A stretch of 64,000 nucleotides of DNA from Raja brachyura (taxonomy: Eukaryota), in the NCBI GenBank assembly GCA_963514005.1, contig OY740792.1:61690001-61754000 (forward strand). Direction: 5' to 3'. Below, piece by piece: positions 49,005 to 62,139 of the stretch. A model generated the notes under the pieces. That model was not told the DNA's origin. It did no database searches and saw nothing but the letters and a program-made list of their open reading frames with translations. Position numbers and translations under genes: made by a program. Numbering within the stretch: position 1 is the first letter of the stretch; each line of letters opens with the position of its first letter.

Positions 49005-49494
49005 GTGAGTGGGGGTCAGAATTGCTTTATTTTGTACCGAGGTACAGGCAAAAACATTGTTTTGGTCTAATCATCCCACAACAGGTAGTGCAAAGAGAAA
49101 ATAAACAGAGCAGAGTGTTACAGCTACCGAGAAAGTGCAGATACAAAAAGTGCAAGGGCTGCAAAGAGGTAGATTGGAAGATTGGGACCAAACTGTAGCT
49201 TATGGGAGGGTTATTCACAAGTCTGATAACAGTGGGGAAGCACCTTGTACTATGAGCCTTCAGACTCTTGTACGTTCTGCCGGATGGGAGAGGGGAGAAG
49301 CAGGAATGACCGGGGTGTGAGTGGTCCTTGATTATGCTGAGGGTATTTTGCTGAGGCTGTGTGGTGCAGATGGAGTTGACGTGCAGAGTATGGTCTGTGT
49401 GATGGACGGATGTGTCCACAACTCTGCAGTTTCTAGTGGTGTTGGGCGGGCCGTTGGCAAACCAGCTGTGATGCATGGTGACAGTATGTTGTGG

Positions 49495-49940
49495 AGGGGA
49501 GGGGGGGGGGTAGGATGGGGATGGGGAGGGGGAGGGGGAGGGGAAGGGGGAGGAGGAGGGGAAGGGGAGGGGGAAGGGGCAGGGGGAGGGGAAGGGGCAG
49601 GGGGAGGGGAAGGAGGGGGAGGGGAGGGGGGATGGGGAGAGGAGTGGGGTAGGGTGGGGATGGGAGGTTGGGGAGTGGAGCGGGAGGGGGGGAGGGGGGG
49701 ATGGGGAGGGGGGTGGGGGTGAAGGGGGGATGGGGAGGAGAGGGGGAGGGGGAGGGGAGTGTGGCTTGGGGAGGGGATGGAGGAGGGGATGGGGAGGGGA
49801 GTGTGGCTTGGGGAGGAGATGGGGAGGGGTGGAAAGGGGGGGTTGGGGATGGGGGTTGGGGAGGGAAGGGGGGCGATGTGGAACGGAAGGGGGGTTGGTG
49901 AGGGTGGGGTGCTGTGGAGGAGGGGGGTGTAGGGGAGGGG
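49495..49940. repeat. G-rich polypurine low-complexity tract (G-quadruplex potential)
   Basis: Dense GGGG(A) runs. Confidence 0.9.
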
Positions 49941-50414
49941 AGTGTTTGTGGAAGTTACGTTGGAGAATCCATCGTTGATGCCACGGGGTTGTGGGCTCCC
50001 CAAGATGAATGTGAGGTGGTGTTTCTGGGGATTGAGTTGCAAGGACATGTGGGGAATGGAGTGGGATCATTGGGCACCGCGTTGTTCTGATCCTCCTTTG
50101 AGCAGCAGCAGAGAGCCAGCAGACAGTGTTTGTGGGGATACAGGTGAGAACAACAGTGACACGGTGCCCATCGCCACGGTTACATCACAGTGGCAGTGGG
50201 AGCACGACTGTTTGGAGGCTCGGGTGGAAATGGAATGACACAGTAATCCTGTGACCACCACCTCTCCAACCAGGCCTCCCCAATGCTGGCAGCCCAGTTA
50301 TTATTGCGTGCATCACTGATGGTCAGCGCTTCAAACTTGATTGCGACCCTGGTAGTCATTGGTTTGAACGGGTGTCAAGGGTTAGAGAGAGTACACAGGA
50401 GATTTACTAGAATG

Positions 50415-51160
50415 TTGGTAAATGGAAGGGAATTGAGGAATGCTGTGGAACAGAGGGATCTAGGAATAACTGTGCATAGTTCCCTGAAGGTGGAATCGCA
50501 TGTAGATAGGGTGGTAAAGAAAGCTTTTGGTGTGCTGGCCTTTATAAATCAGAGCATTGAATATAGGAGTAGGGAAGTAATGTTAAAATTGTACAAGGCA
50601 TTGGTGAGACCAATTCTGGAGTATGGTGTACAATTTTGGTCGCCGAATTATAGGAAGGATGTCAACAAAATAGAGAGAGTACAGAGGAGATTTACTAGAA
50701 TGGTGCCTGGGTTCCAGCAACTAAGTTACAGAGAAAGGTTGAACAAGTTAGGTCTTTATTCTTTGGAGCGCAGAAGGTTAAGGGGGGACTTGACTGAGGT
50801 CTTTAAAATGATGAAAGGGATAGACAGAGTTGACGTGGATAAGCTTTTCCCATTGAGGGTAGGGAAGATTCAAACAAGAGGGCATGACATGAGAATTAAG
50901 GGACAGAAGTTTAGGGGTAACATGAGGGGGAACTTCTTTACTCAGAGAGTGGTGGCTGTGTGGAATGATCTTCCAGCAGAAGTGGTGGAGGCAGGATCGA
51001 TTTTAACATTTAAAAGTAAAGTGGATAGGTATATGGACGGGAAGGGAATGGAGGGGTATGGTCTGAGTGCAGGTAGATGAGACTAGGGGAAAATAAATGG
51101 TCGGCACGGACTGGAAGGGCCGAGAAGGCCTGTTTCCGTGCTGTAATTGTTATATGGTTA
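50415..51160 (+). mobile_element. Young CR1 3' fragment
   Basis: Open frame EQRDLGITVH...GYGLSAGR, tail atatggtta. Confidence 0.88.
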
Positions 51161-51533
51161 CGGGGAGAAGGCAGGAAAATGGTATTGGGAGGCAGAGATC
51201 AGCCATGATTGAATGGTGGAGTGGACTCGATGGGCCGAATGGCCTAATTCTACTCCTATAGGGTGAACTTGTGAAACTTGTTCCGTGCTTGTCCGATTCT
51301 AGAGATGGACTGTGGGATGGGGAGAGGCTTGTTCACGTGCAAAATATGGCCCTGTGCACTTTACTGAGCACAAGCCCGATGATCACCCCCAATGTCAGTG
51401 ATGCTGGGGACCAGGGGGCAACATCGGCCCATCATATTGCGGGGGTACTGAGTGGCGGGTCATCTACTGTGTGGGTGCAGTGGGGACATCTCTAGCCACC
51501 ACCGTCCATTAACTCACCACCCTTGACCCACAG

Positions 51534-51839
51534 CTCGTCCGCGGGTCTGGGTGAGGGCGGAGCCCGTGTCCACCCCGACCCAGGGGGTCCGGCTCACCTG
51601 CACGTCGCTGGACTTCTACCCCAGCCCCATCCAGGTGTCCTGGTTCACAGACGGACACCAGCTCACCAACGGGACGGAGACCGGGCCCCTCACCCCCAAC
51701 CCCGACGGCTCCTTCTCCATCTCCAGCTTCCTGAACCTCACCCTCACTGCCTGGGGCCAGGGTGGAGACTACACCTGCCAGGTGAACCACTCCACGCTCC
51801 ACACTCCCATCACTGAACGAGCACACGCCAGCAGCACAG
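51534..51839 (+). CDS. VJ-C1 receptor gene, C1-set Ig exon
   Basis: cccacag|CT, CAG|gtgaga, 306 bp, phase 1-1; LTCTSLDFYPSPIQVSW..NPDGSFSISSFL..WGQGGDYTCQVNHSTL (C1 hallmarks FYP, NxDGSF, YxCxVxH). Confidence 0.92.
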
Positions 51840-51931
51840 GTGAGATGCGCACTGCTTTTCTTTTTTTTGTAACAAAATTAATTTATTTGATTACTAACAC
51901 GATACAAAAACCAAAAAACAAAACAAATCTG

Positions 51932-52600
51932 TGGTGACATACAGGTGATGTACAGGTGGCATACAGGTGACATAAGGTGACATAAGGTGGCATACAGGTG
52001 ACATACAGGTGACATACAGGTGGCATACAGGTGACATAAGGTGGCATACAGGTGACATAAGGTGGCATACAGGTGACATAAGGTGGCATACAGGTGACAC
52101 AAGGTGGCATACAGGTGATGTACAGGTGACATACAGGTGGCATGCAGGTGGCATACAGGTGACATACAGGTGACATAAGGTGGCATACAGGTGACATAAG
52201 GTGGCATACAGGTGGCATACAAGTGGCATACAGGTGACATACAGGTGACATAAGGTGACATAAGGTGGCATACAGGTGACATACAGGTGACATAAGGTGG
52301 CATACAGGTGACATACAGGTGATATAAGGTGGCATACAGGTGGCATACAGGTGGCGTACAGGTGGCGTACAGGTGACATACAGGTGACATACAGGTGACG
52401 TACAGGTGGCGTACAGGTAACGTACAGGTGACATACAGGTGGCGTACAGGTGGCGTACAGGTGGCGTACAGGTGGCGTACAGGTGGCGTACAGGTGACGT
52501 ACAGGTAACATACAGGTGACGTACAGGTGGCGTACAGGTAACATACAGGTGACATACAGGTGACGTACGGGTGCCGTACACATGACGTACAGGTGACGTA
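51932..52600. repeat. 10-11-bp minisatellite (GGTGACATACA / GGTGGCATACA)
   Basis: Directly visible tandem array. Confidence 0.95.
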
Positions 52601-52923
52601 CCCATCTCCATGTTACAAAATCACCAAATTATTCAGACACTCAATTTCCAAACACCTCTGTTACATATAACACCACCCTCTCTAACACCACCCGGGCACG
52701 CACGTAACCCCGGTAAAGGGGCAAGCATCAGGCTCGGGAAAACCTCTCTTCCGCCTGGCGTTGAGACTCGCGGATGGCCAGCTTGGCCCGGCCTAGGAGC
52801 AACCCAACCAGGACATCTTCAGCCCTGCCCACTCCCTGGATCCCGTCACCAGTCCTCCGGTCACAGACTCCTCCCCTTGCCCTCCGGACCCTGGCTACAA
52901 GGGACGCTCTACTGGCCCCTATG

Positions 52924-53530
52924 CACACTGCTCAGGTGTACAGGTGAGACACACACTGCTCAGGTGTACAGGTGAGACACACACTGTTCAGGTGTACAGG
53001 TGAGACACACACTGCTCAGGTGTACAGGTGAGACACACACTGCTCAGTACAGGTGAGACACACACTGCTCAGGTGTACAGGTGAGACACACACTACTCAG
53101 GTGTACAGGTGAGACACACACTGCTCAGGTGTACAGGTGAGCCACACACTGCTCAGGTGTACAGGTGAGACACACACTGCTCACAGGTGAGACACACACT
53201 GCTCAGTACAGGTGAGACACACACTGCTCAGGTGTACAGGTGAGACACACACTGCTCAGGTGTACAGGTGAGACACACACTGCTCAGTACAGGTGAGACA
53301 CACACTGCTCAGTACAGGTGAGACACACACTGCTCAGGTGTACAGGTGAGACACACACTACTCAGGTGTACAGGTGAGACACACACTGCTCAGGTGTACA
53401 GGTGAGCCACACACTGCTCAGGTGTACAGGTGAGCCACACACTGCTCAGGTGTACAGGTGAGCCACACACTGCTCAGGTGTACAGGTGAGCCACACACTG
53501 CTCAGGTGTACAGGTGAGACACACACTGCT
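52924..53530. repeat. 28-bp minisatellite CACACACTGCTCAGGTGTACAGGTGAGA (about 22 units)
   Basis: Directly visible tandem array. Confidence 0.95.
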
Positions 53531-54264
53531 CTCTCTTGAAAGTATCCAGAGAATCTGCCTCCACCACCCTCTGAGGCAGAGAATGCCACAGACTCACCAC
53601 TCTCTGTGAGAAAAAGTGTTTCCTCGTCTCCGTTCTAAATGGCTTACCCATTTTTCTTAAACTGTGGCACCTGGTTCTGGACTCCCCCAACATCGGGAAC
53701 ATGTTTCCTGCCTCTCGTGTGTCCAAACCCTTAACAATCTTGTATGTTTCAATAAGATTACCTCTCATCCTTCTAAACTCCAGAGTGTTCAAGCCCAGCC
53801 GCTCCATTCTCTCAGCATATGACAGACCCACCATCCAGGGCATGAACCTGGTGAACCTACGCTGCACTCCCTCAATAGCAAGAATGTCCTTCCTCAAATT
53901 AAGGGACCAAAACTGCACACAATATGTAGTTACGACCCTGGGGAAAAGTCTGCGAGCATTCACTTTATCCCAGCCACACATGATCTTGTGCACCTCAGTG
54001 AGGCCCCCCTCAGTCCCCTCTGCTGTATAGAAACAGGTCCCAGCCTATCCAACCTCTCCCTGTAACTCAAGCCCACAAGCCCAGGTGAATCTCTGCTACA
54101 TCCTTTCCGAGTGAAAGACATCCTTCCTGTGGCTGGGTGAGCAGAATGAGCACAGTACACCATGTAGTCTCACAGTTGCTGGAGTATTGGACTGGAGATC
54201 AGGCCCCCTCCCCCGGCCACACAAACCAGCACTGGTCGTTCATCCATTGTCTGGGTGGCCGTCT

Positions 54265-55010
54265 GTAACCATATAACCATATAACAATTACATCACGGAA
54301 ACAGGCCATCTTGGCCCTTCAAGTCCGTGCCGAACAACTTTTTTCCCTTAGTCCCACCTGCCTGCACTCATACCATAACCATCCATACCCTTCTCATCCA
54401 TATGCCTATCCAATTTATTTTTAAATGATACCAACGAACCTGCCGCCACCACCTCCACTGGAAGCTCATTCCACACCGCTACCACTCTCTGAGTAAAGAA
54501 GTTCCCCCTCATGTTACCCCTAAACCTCTGTCCCTTAATTCTAAAGTCATGTCCTCTTGTTTGAATCTTCCCTATTCTCAAAGGGAAAAGCTTGTCCACA
54601 TCAACTCTGTCTATCCCTCTCATCATTTTAAAGACCTCTATCAAGTCACCCCTTAACCTTCTGCGCTCCAGAGAATAAAGACCTAACTTATTCAACCTTT
54701 CTCTGTAACTTAGCTGTTGAAACCCAGGCAACATTCTAGTAAATCTCCTCTGTACCCTCTCTATTTTGTTGACATCCTTCCTATAATTGGGCGACCAAAA
54801 TTGTACACCATACTCCAGAATTGGTCTCACCAATGCCTTGTACAATTTTAACATTACATCCCAGCTTCTATACTCAATGCTCTGATTTATAAAGGCTAGC
54901 ATACCAAAAGCTTTCTTTACCACCCTATCTATATGAGATTCCACCTTCAAGGAACTATGCACGGTTATTCCCAGATCCCTCTGTTCAACTGTATTCTTCA
55001 ATTCCCTGTA
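54265..55010 (-). mobile_element. Young CR1 3' fragment, inverted relative to 50415-51160
   Basis: 223-aa ORF nearly identical to the C-terminal part of the 50283-51080 ORF. Confidence 0.88.
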
Positions 55011-55592
55011 ATTGAACAAGAGCTTGGGAAATAGCCAAAACGTCCAACAGATTGTACTTCCCTGCTACGGGCCCAGAGAGGCAGGGAGTTTCCACCAGTC
55101 TCACCTGGCTCCCGACAGTTACTGAAGGTTCACCCTTCATTCTGAGTGTGAGGTGTGAATCCCTGACACCAAACCAGGCAGAGAATGGACATTATATCTT
55201 GCTGCTCGCCACTGAATGTGCAGTAAGATAGGAGGAAGTGTCTGTAGGAAGAGAGGGCCACATCTGTATAAATGCATGGCAATGGCTTCAATGGTTCTTA
55301 TTTGTTGGCACAATGACATTTTCTTCTCACATACAGTCCAGTATTGGGATGCCCAAGCACAATCTACAAATAGCAAAGTGTACAGGAATAGTCCTCTGAG
55401 CCCCCTTGCAAGAGACGGCAGGTTTTGGCACCATTTTCAAAGCCCAGTCCTCACTCGAGCTCCTATGGGCGGCTCCTGATCGAGGCGAGCCCCAGGCTGC
55501 TGCAGGGCCTCCCGACGCCACCTTCCGCTTTCCCTTGCTGCACAGAATCAACACTTCCCGGTTGCTGAGACGTCAATGTGAATAAAGAGTAA

Positions 55593-56170
55593 AGGGCCTG
55601 TCCCACCAGCATGCAACTCCATGCGATAAGCGCTACCTAACGTGGTCGCTTGAGCCGTCCGGCGTCGCGGGGCCGGTCCCACTTCGATCGCCGGAGCCGT
55701 GCGGAATTGTACGGAGTTCGTCCCGACATCGCGCGGGGCTCCGAAAAACTGACTATGTTCAAAAATCCCTCGCGGCAACGGCTTGTCGGCTCGCAGTCGC
55801 CTTGACGCATTACACACCGCCCCAACATCGTGCCTCCGTGACCCTCTCTGTAGGTGCCTCCGTGACCCTCTATGTGTGTGGCTCCGTGGCCCTCTGTGTG
55901 TGTGCCTCTGTGCCCCTCTCTGTGTGCCCCTCTCTGTCCTGGCGAACTTACCTTAAGACTTCGCTCCAAGTTCGCCTCACTTTGCGCTGCGTTGCGCCAC
56001 TCACCCGACTTCCGCGCGGCCCTCGCTGCCGGTTTGGTCGCGCTTTCCGCATGCAGGCGCATGCTGGTGGGAACGGCCCTGTACAGGGGATCACCCGACC
56101 TCCGCGCGGCCCCCGCTTCTAGTTTGATCGCGCTCATCGCATGGAGTCGGATGCTGGTAGGACAGGCCCT
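55593..56170. mobile_element. PIF/Harbinger-type MITE
   Basis: TIR AGGGCCTGTCC(C/T)ACCAGCAT, TAA TSD at 55590-55592 and 56171-56173. Confidence 0.85.
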
Positions 56171-56267
56171 TAAAGCAGAGGAACACCAAACTCTGAAGCT
56201 TCAAGTCAAACTTTGACGCATATTATGCGCTGCAACTTCTAATGCGTTTCCTAAATTATCTGTGCAG

Positions 56268-56360
56268 GTCATTCCGGAGACAAACTGCGGTGGATAATAC
56301 TGGCTTCGTGCGGTCTAACAGTGGTGACGGCTGCTGTAATCGGTGCATGCTCAAAGTCCA
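56268..56360 (+). CDS. VJ-C1 receptor gene, transmembrane exon
   Basis: tctgtgcag|GT, A|gtgagt, 93 bp, phase 1-1; GHSGDKLRWIILASCGLTVVTAAVIGACSKS. Confidence 0.8.
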
Positions 56361-57629
56361 GTGAGTGCTGATGTTCTCCAGCTTTCAATGTAACGTTACC
56401 TTCAATCCAGAAAGAAGCAGGCAGCAAGCATGCTGGGAGCATAGTGTTGCTGGGAGTGATGTGGCCAGAGTAAGCACGTCCCTATCTATGGATCCGGGAC
56501 TTTCCAAAGGCATTTCACTGAGATTCCTGACAAACATATTGAGTTCTCCAAATCACTGCTGAGTTCTGGCTCTGATGAGGGCAGGAGATAGACACAAAAT
56601 GCTGGAGTAACTCAGATGGTCAGACAGCATCACTGGAGAGAAGGAACGGGTGACGTTTAGGGTTGACACCCTTCTTCAGACTGAGAGGCGGGGAGAGGGA
56701 GACTAGAGATATGGAAGGGTAAGGTGTGAAAACGATAGATCAAAGCAGACGAGGATATGGAAATGTAGAATGATTCATTGTTGGCTGAGGGGGAGCTGTC
56801 ACCATTTCCTTATCATTGTCTGCTTTGATCTGTTGTTTTCATACCTTACTCTTCCATATCTCTAGATTCCCTCTGCCGTGACTCTCAGTCTGAGGAAGGG
56901 TCTCGACACGACACACCACCCATTCCTTCTCTCCAGAGATGCTTCCTGTCCTGTTGAGTTTTGTATCTATCTTCAGTGCAAACCAGCATCTGCAGTTCCT
57001 TCCAACACATCTGATAAGGACATCACGTGTGTCCCTTTATCCTTGCTCATGACCTCTCCTCCTCCAGTAGCGTACTTGTGCACACAGCCGCACCCTCAGC
57101 CTGCACCGCTGTTTGCTGCTGAATCCATTCCCTGTGGAATATTGCTCTGGGACAGTCCGGGACAGCCCCACCCGAGGAGACAACTGCTGCCGTCTGCTGG
57201 AGGGGTGATGTGAGACACAGAGACCAGAGCACAGTACCGCACAGGAACAGGCCCTTCAGCCCACAATGCCAAGTTAACTCAGTGGGTCGGACAGCATCCC
57301 TGGAGAACATGGCTCAGGAATGTTTTGGGTCAAGGCCCTTCGTCATACTGACCTGAAACGTCATCTATCCATGTTGTCCAGGGATGTTGCCTGACCTGCT
57401 GAGTTACTCCAGCACTTTGTATCTTTTTGTGTAAACTGGCATCTGCAGTTCTTTGTTTCTCCTGTGGTATCTGCCTCAACCACCACCCCTGGCATTGCGT
57501 TCCAGGCCCCTCTCACCTTCAAGACAGACTCGCTAGCTTTTGATTTTGCCATCCTGGGAAATAAATTCTGAATGTCACCCACAATTACACCACTCATAGT
57601 TTTATATATTTCCCTAAGAGATTCTCTCT

Positions 57630-58760
57630 CCCATATTTTCCAGTTGCTAACCATTTTAACTCTCCCTCCCATTCCCACGCTGGCCTTTCTGTCCTGGGCC
57701 TCCTCCATTGCCAGAGGGAGGCCCAGCAAGAATTGGGGGGGACAGCAGCTCATGTTTTACTTGAGTAGCTTGCACCCCAGCGGTATGAACGTGGAATTCT
57801 CCAATGTTAGGTGACCTTTACAGGCACTCCTCTCCCCCCCTCACCCCGCCCCCCAGCAACCCTTCTTAAGGGGTTGGACAGGCTAGATGCAGGAAGATTG
57901 TTCCCGATGTTGGGGAGGTCCAGGACCTCTTGCGGTTGCAAGGGAAAGTGCCCGGGGAAGGAGTGGAGCGGGAGGGAAGGGAAGAATTGACAAGGGAGTT
58001 GCGGAGGGAGCGGTCTTTGCGGAAGGCAGACGGGGGGGAGATGGGAAGATGTGCCCAGTGGAGGGGTCACGTTGGAGGTGGCGAAACTGGCAGAGGACTA
58101 TCTGTTGTATGCGCTGGCTGGTGGGGTGAAAGGTGAGGACCAGGGGGACTCGGCCCTTGTTGTGAGTGGGGGAATGGGGAGAGAGGGCAGTGTTGCGGGG
58201 TATGGAGGAGACCCTGGTGCGAGCCTCATCTATAGTGGGGGAGGGGAAACCACGTTCTCTGAAGAACGAGGACATTTGTGATGACCTGGTGTGGAACACG
58301 TCATCCTGGGAGCAGATGCGGCGTAGACAGAGGAATTGGGAATAGGGGATGGAGTCCTTACAGGAAGCAGGGTGGGAGGAAGAGTAGTCCAGGTAGCTGT
58401 GGGAGTCAGTTGGTTTGTAGTGGATGTCAGTCAGGAGTGTATCCCCTGCAATAGAGATGGTGAGGTCAAGGAATGATAGGGAAATGTCGGAAATGGTCCA
58501 AGTATATTTGAGTGCCGGATGGAAGTTGGTGGTGAAATGGATGAAGTCAGTCAGTTGTGCGTGGGTTGAGGAGGTGACACCAAAGCAGTCGTCAATGTAA
58601 CGGAGGTAAAGGTCGGGGGTGGGGCCCTGGTACGCCGAGAACAAAGATTGTTCGACGTGCCCGACAAAGAGGCAGGCGTAGCTAGGGCCCATGCGTGTGC
58701 CCATAGCTACGCCTTGTGTTTGGAGGAAATGGGAGGAGTCAAAAGAGAAGTTGTTGAGTG
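57630..58760 (-). mobile_element. Penelope-like RT fragment with a small CR1 piece inside
   Basis: MGTRMGPSYACLF, YLRYIDDCF, FLDLTI, YKPTDSHSYLDYSSSHP. Confidence 0.88.
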
Positions 58761-60819
58761 GGTTGTTGGGTGTTGATTTGTTATCCGCCCTCTACACGGA
58801 CACAAAGGTTGTCATGACAACGTTTCAAAGAGTAGGAGATGTTTTGTCCCCAGTGGCCTGGCCCACAGCTAAACCTACTAATTATCACATTCCCCTCCTC
58901 ACAACGTTGTTGTGGTCACCTTGCCGTCCATGCAGTAGAACAGTTCAAGGATACGCCATCGATGGCCTTTAAAATGCTGTGGGAAATGGTCAGATTATGA
59001 GGGGCAGTGAGAGGCGGAGATCTTTGTATTCACCAACATTCCTCCTCACACTGTAGACTTTGACAACGTCAAGTTTCCCATCTTCTCTGTTCATTAGTGA
59101 TAGGAGAAGAATGAGGCCATTCGGCCCATCAAGTCTACTCTGCCATTCAATCATGGATGATCTATCTCTCCCTCCTAGCCCCATTCTCCTGCCTTCTCTT
59201 CATAACCCTGACGCCCGTAATCATGAAGAATCTATCTATCTCAGCCTTTAAAATATCAACTGACGGCCCCCACAGCCTCTGTGGCAAAGAATTCCACAGA
59301 TTCACCAACCTGACTAAAGACATTCCTCCTTATCTCCTTCCTAAAGGAACATCCTTTAATTCTGAGGCTGTGACTTCTGGTCCTAGACTCTCCCACTAGT
59401 GGATAAATCCTCCCCACATCCACTCTATCCAGGCCTTTCACTATTCAGTGAGTTTCAATGTGGTCTCTCCTCATCCTTCTAAGCTCCAGCGAGTACAGGC
59501 CCAGAGCCATCAAACACTCACTCATTCCGGGGATAATTCTCGTAAACCTCCTCTAGACTCTCTCCAGCCCATCCTCCTCAGATATAGGCCCAGAAATGCT
59601 CACAATATTCCGTATGCCATCTGACCAGCGTCTTATAAAGCCTCGGCATTACATCCTTAGTTGAGTTGTTCAGCTCAATGTGTGGACGACACTTGGACAG
59701 GTAAAGGGATAGGAATGGTTTAGAGGGATGTGGGCCAAATGTAAGCGAACGGGACTAGCTCAGGAAGGCTACATGGTCAGAATGGACAGGATGGGCCGAA
59801 GGGCCTGTGTCCGTGCTCATTGGTCAATGACAGTGGCAACGAGTTCCATTCGTACCAATGGAATCAGAGAACAGTGCCGGGTGCATTTACATCCCACCAG
59901 TGAATGCCCTGCAGTCTGTCTAGAATCACCCCTGGACTTCAGCCCCTCTGCCCTGGTTCTGGAGCTCTGTTCACTCTGTGGGACACACAGGTTGGGATCA
60001 CGGAAGGCTCCTCCACCTCTCTCTCCCTCGTGAGGGTCTGCCTTAGCCTAGGCTCGTTCAATGAGGTCCTGGCCCCACTCCTGGTGTCCAGCGTTGGGGG
60101 AGAGAAGGACATCAGGGACGTGGCTGTTCCTCTCACAAACGCAGAGGGTTGGTGTGTCTACAACTCCTACCACTGCTGAGGGACTGAGAATGTGTGAGGA
60201 GTTTCTGTATGATATTTGTTTAGTATAAATGTTTTATTCTGAATGTAGTTTATTTATAAAATATATTTAAAATTGGTGTTTCAGATGGTTGGCTGCTTGT
60301 TCATGTTCAAAGTGATAGGAGCAGAAGGGCCAGTGTGGGAATTAGGCCAATCAGCCCATCAAGTCTTCTCCACCATTCTATCATGGCTGATCAATCTCTC
60401 CCTCCTGACCCCATTCTCCTGCCTTCTGCCTCTAACACCTATACTAATCCTTTGACTTGGCCTCCACAGACTTCTGTGGCAATGAATTATGCAGACTCAC
60501 CACCCCCTGACTAAAGCAATTCCTCCTTATCTATATCTCCTGCCTTCTCCCCATAAAGGGCCTGTCCCACTTTCATGACCTAATTCACAACCTTTTTTAC
60601 TCCTGGACATTTTTCATCAGGCTAGAAAAACGCCCCGACCTACTTGATGCCACGAGTACCTACGACTAGCATCACGGCCTGCTACGACCTCGTGACGACC
60701 ATGCTGCGAGTATGAGTCAATGGATTACACAGATTCACCAATTCCTCCTCATCTCCTTCCCAAAAGAACGTCCTTTAATTCTGAGGCTGTGACCTCTGGT
60801 CCTATACTCTCCCACTATA

Positions 60820-61780
60820 GTCAATAGACAATAGGTGCAGGAGTAGACCATTCGGCCCTTCGAGGCAACACCACCATTCACTGTGATCATGGCTGATCAT
60901 CCACATTCAGTACCCCGTTCCTGCCTTCTCACCATATCCCCTGGATATGCTATATATAAGAGCTCTTATATATAGCTCGGTTGAAAGCATCCAGAGAATT
61001 GGCCTCCACTGCCTTCTGAGGCAGAGAATTCCACAGATTCACCACTCTCTGGGTGAAAAAGATTTCCTCATCTCTGTTCTATATGGCCTATCCTATATTC
61101 TTAAACTGTGGCCCCTGGTTCTGGACTCCCCCAAGATCTGGAACATGTTTCTTGCCTCTAGCGTGTCCAATTCCTTAATAATCTTATATGTTTCAATAAG
61201 ATCCCCTCTCATCCTAAATTCCAGAGTAACCAAGTCCAGCCGCACCATTCTATCAACATATGACAGTCCCGCCAACATCGTGAACCTACGCTGCACTCCC
61301 TCAATAGCAAGAATGTCCTTTCTCAAATTTGGAGACCAATACTTCATGTGTGGTCTCACTAGGGCCCTGTACAACTGCAGAAGGACCTCTTTGCTCCTAT
61401 ACTCAACTCCTCTTGTTATGAAGGCCAACATGCCATTCACTCTCTTCACTGCCCGCTGTACCTGCATGCTTCCTTTCAGTGGCTGATGAACAAGGATCCC
61501 AGATGTCTTTGTACTTCCCCTTTTCCCAACTTGACACCATTGAGATAATAATCTGCCTTCCTGTTTTTGCCACCAAAGTGGATAACCTCACATTTATCCA
61601 CATTAAACGTCATCTGCCATGCCACTGCCCACTCACCCAACCTGTCCAAGTCACCCTGCATCCTCATAGCATCCACCTCACAGTTCACACTGCCACCCAG
61701 CTTTGTGTCATCTGCAAATTTGCTAATGTTACTTTGAATCCCATCATCTAAATCATTGATGTATATTGTAAATAGCTGTG
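60820..61780 (-). mobile_element. CR1 RT/3' fragment
   Basis: QLFTIYINDLD..FADDTKL..KCEVIHFG; CR1 tail. Confidence 0.85.
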
Positions 61781-62139
61781 GTGGTGAAAACATCCTTTCC
61801 ACAGCCACTCTATTCAAGCCTTTCACTATTGAATACGTTTCAGTCAGTTGAAAATCATGAACTTATATTCATGTTCATAAGTGATAGGAGCAGATTTAGG
61901 CCATTCGGCCCATCAGGCCAACACTGCTATTCTATCATGGCTGATCTGTATCTCCCCCCTGCCTTCTCCCCTTAACCCTTGACACCTGTATCATTTTCGG
62001 CAGTGTAGTTCAGTGCCCCGTGGCTGAATGTGTCCAACGTGATTTTAAACCATTCACCTTTGCTGTGGTCAACATGACTTGCACGCTGCAGCTTTTGGGC
62101 TGAGTTCCGCTGAGAGTTTTCCTCTTTGGTTTATTGCAG

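Noticed and set aside
49027-50070. 347-aa extensin-like proline-rich ORF
   Set aside because: Antisense translation of a G-rich tract plus retroelement fragments inside an intron.
48645-51839. Rearranging Ig light-chain/TCR cluster or germline-joined shark IgL
   Set aside because: No RSS-flanked segments, no WYxQ or FGxG motifs, CD28H-like extra cysteines, and downstream TM and tyrosine-motif exons unlike IgL or TCR.
51878-53530. Cys-rich ORFs or a CRISPR-like array
   Set aside because: Head-to-tail minisatellites with no unique spacers, in a vertebrate intron.
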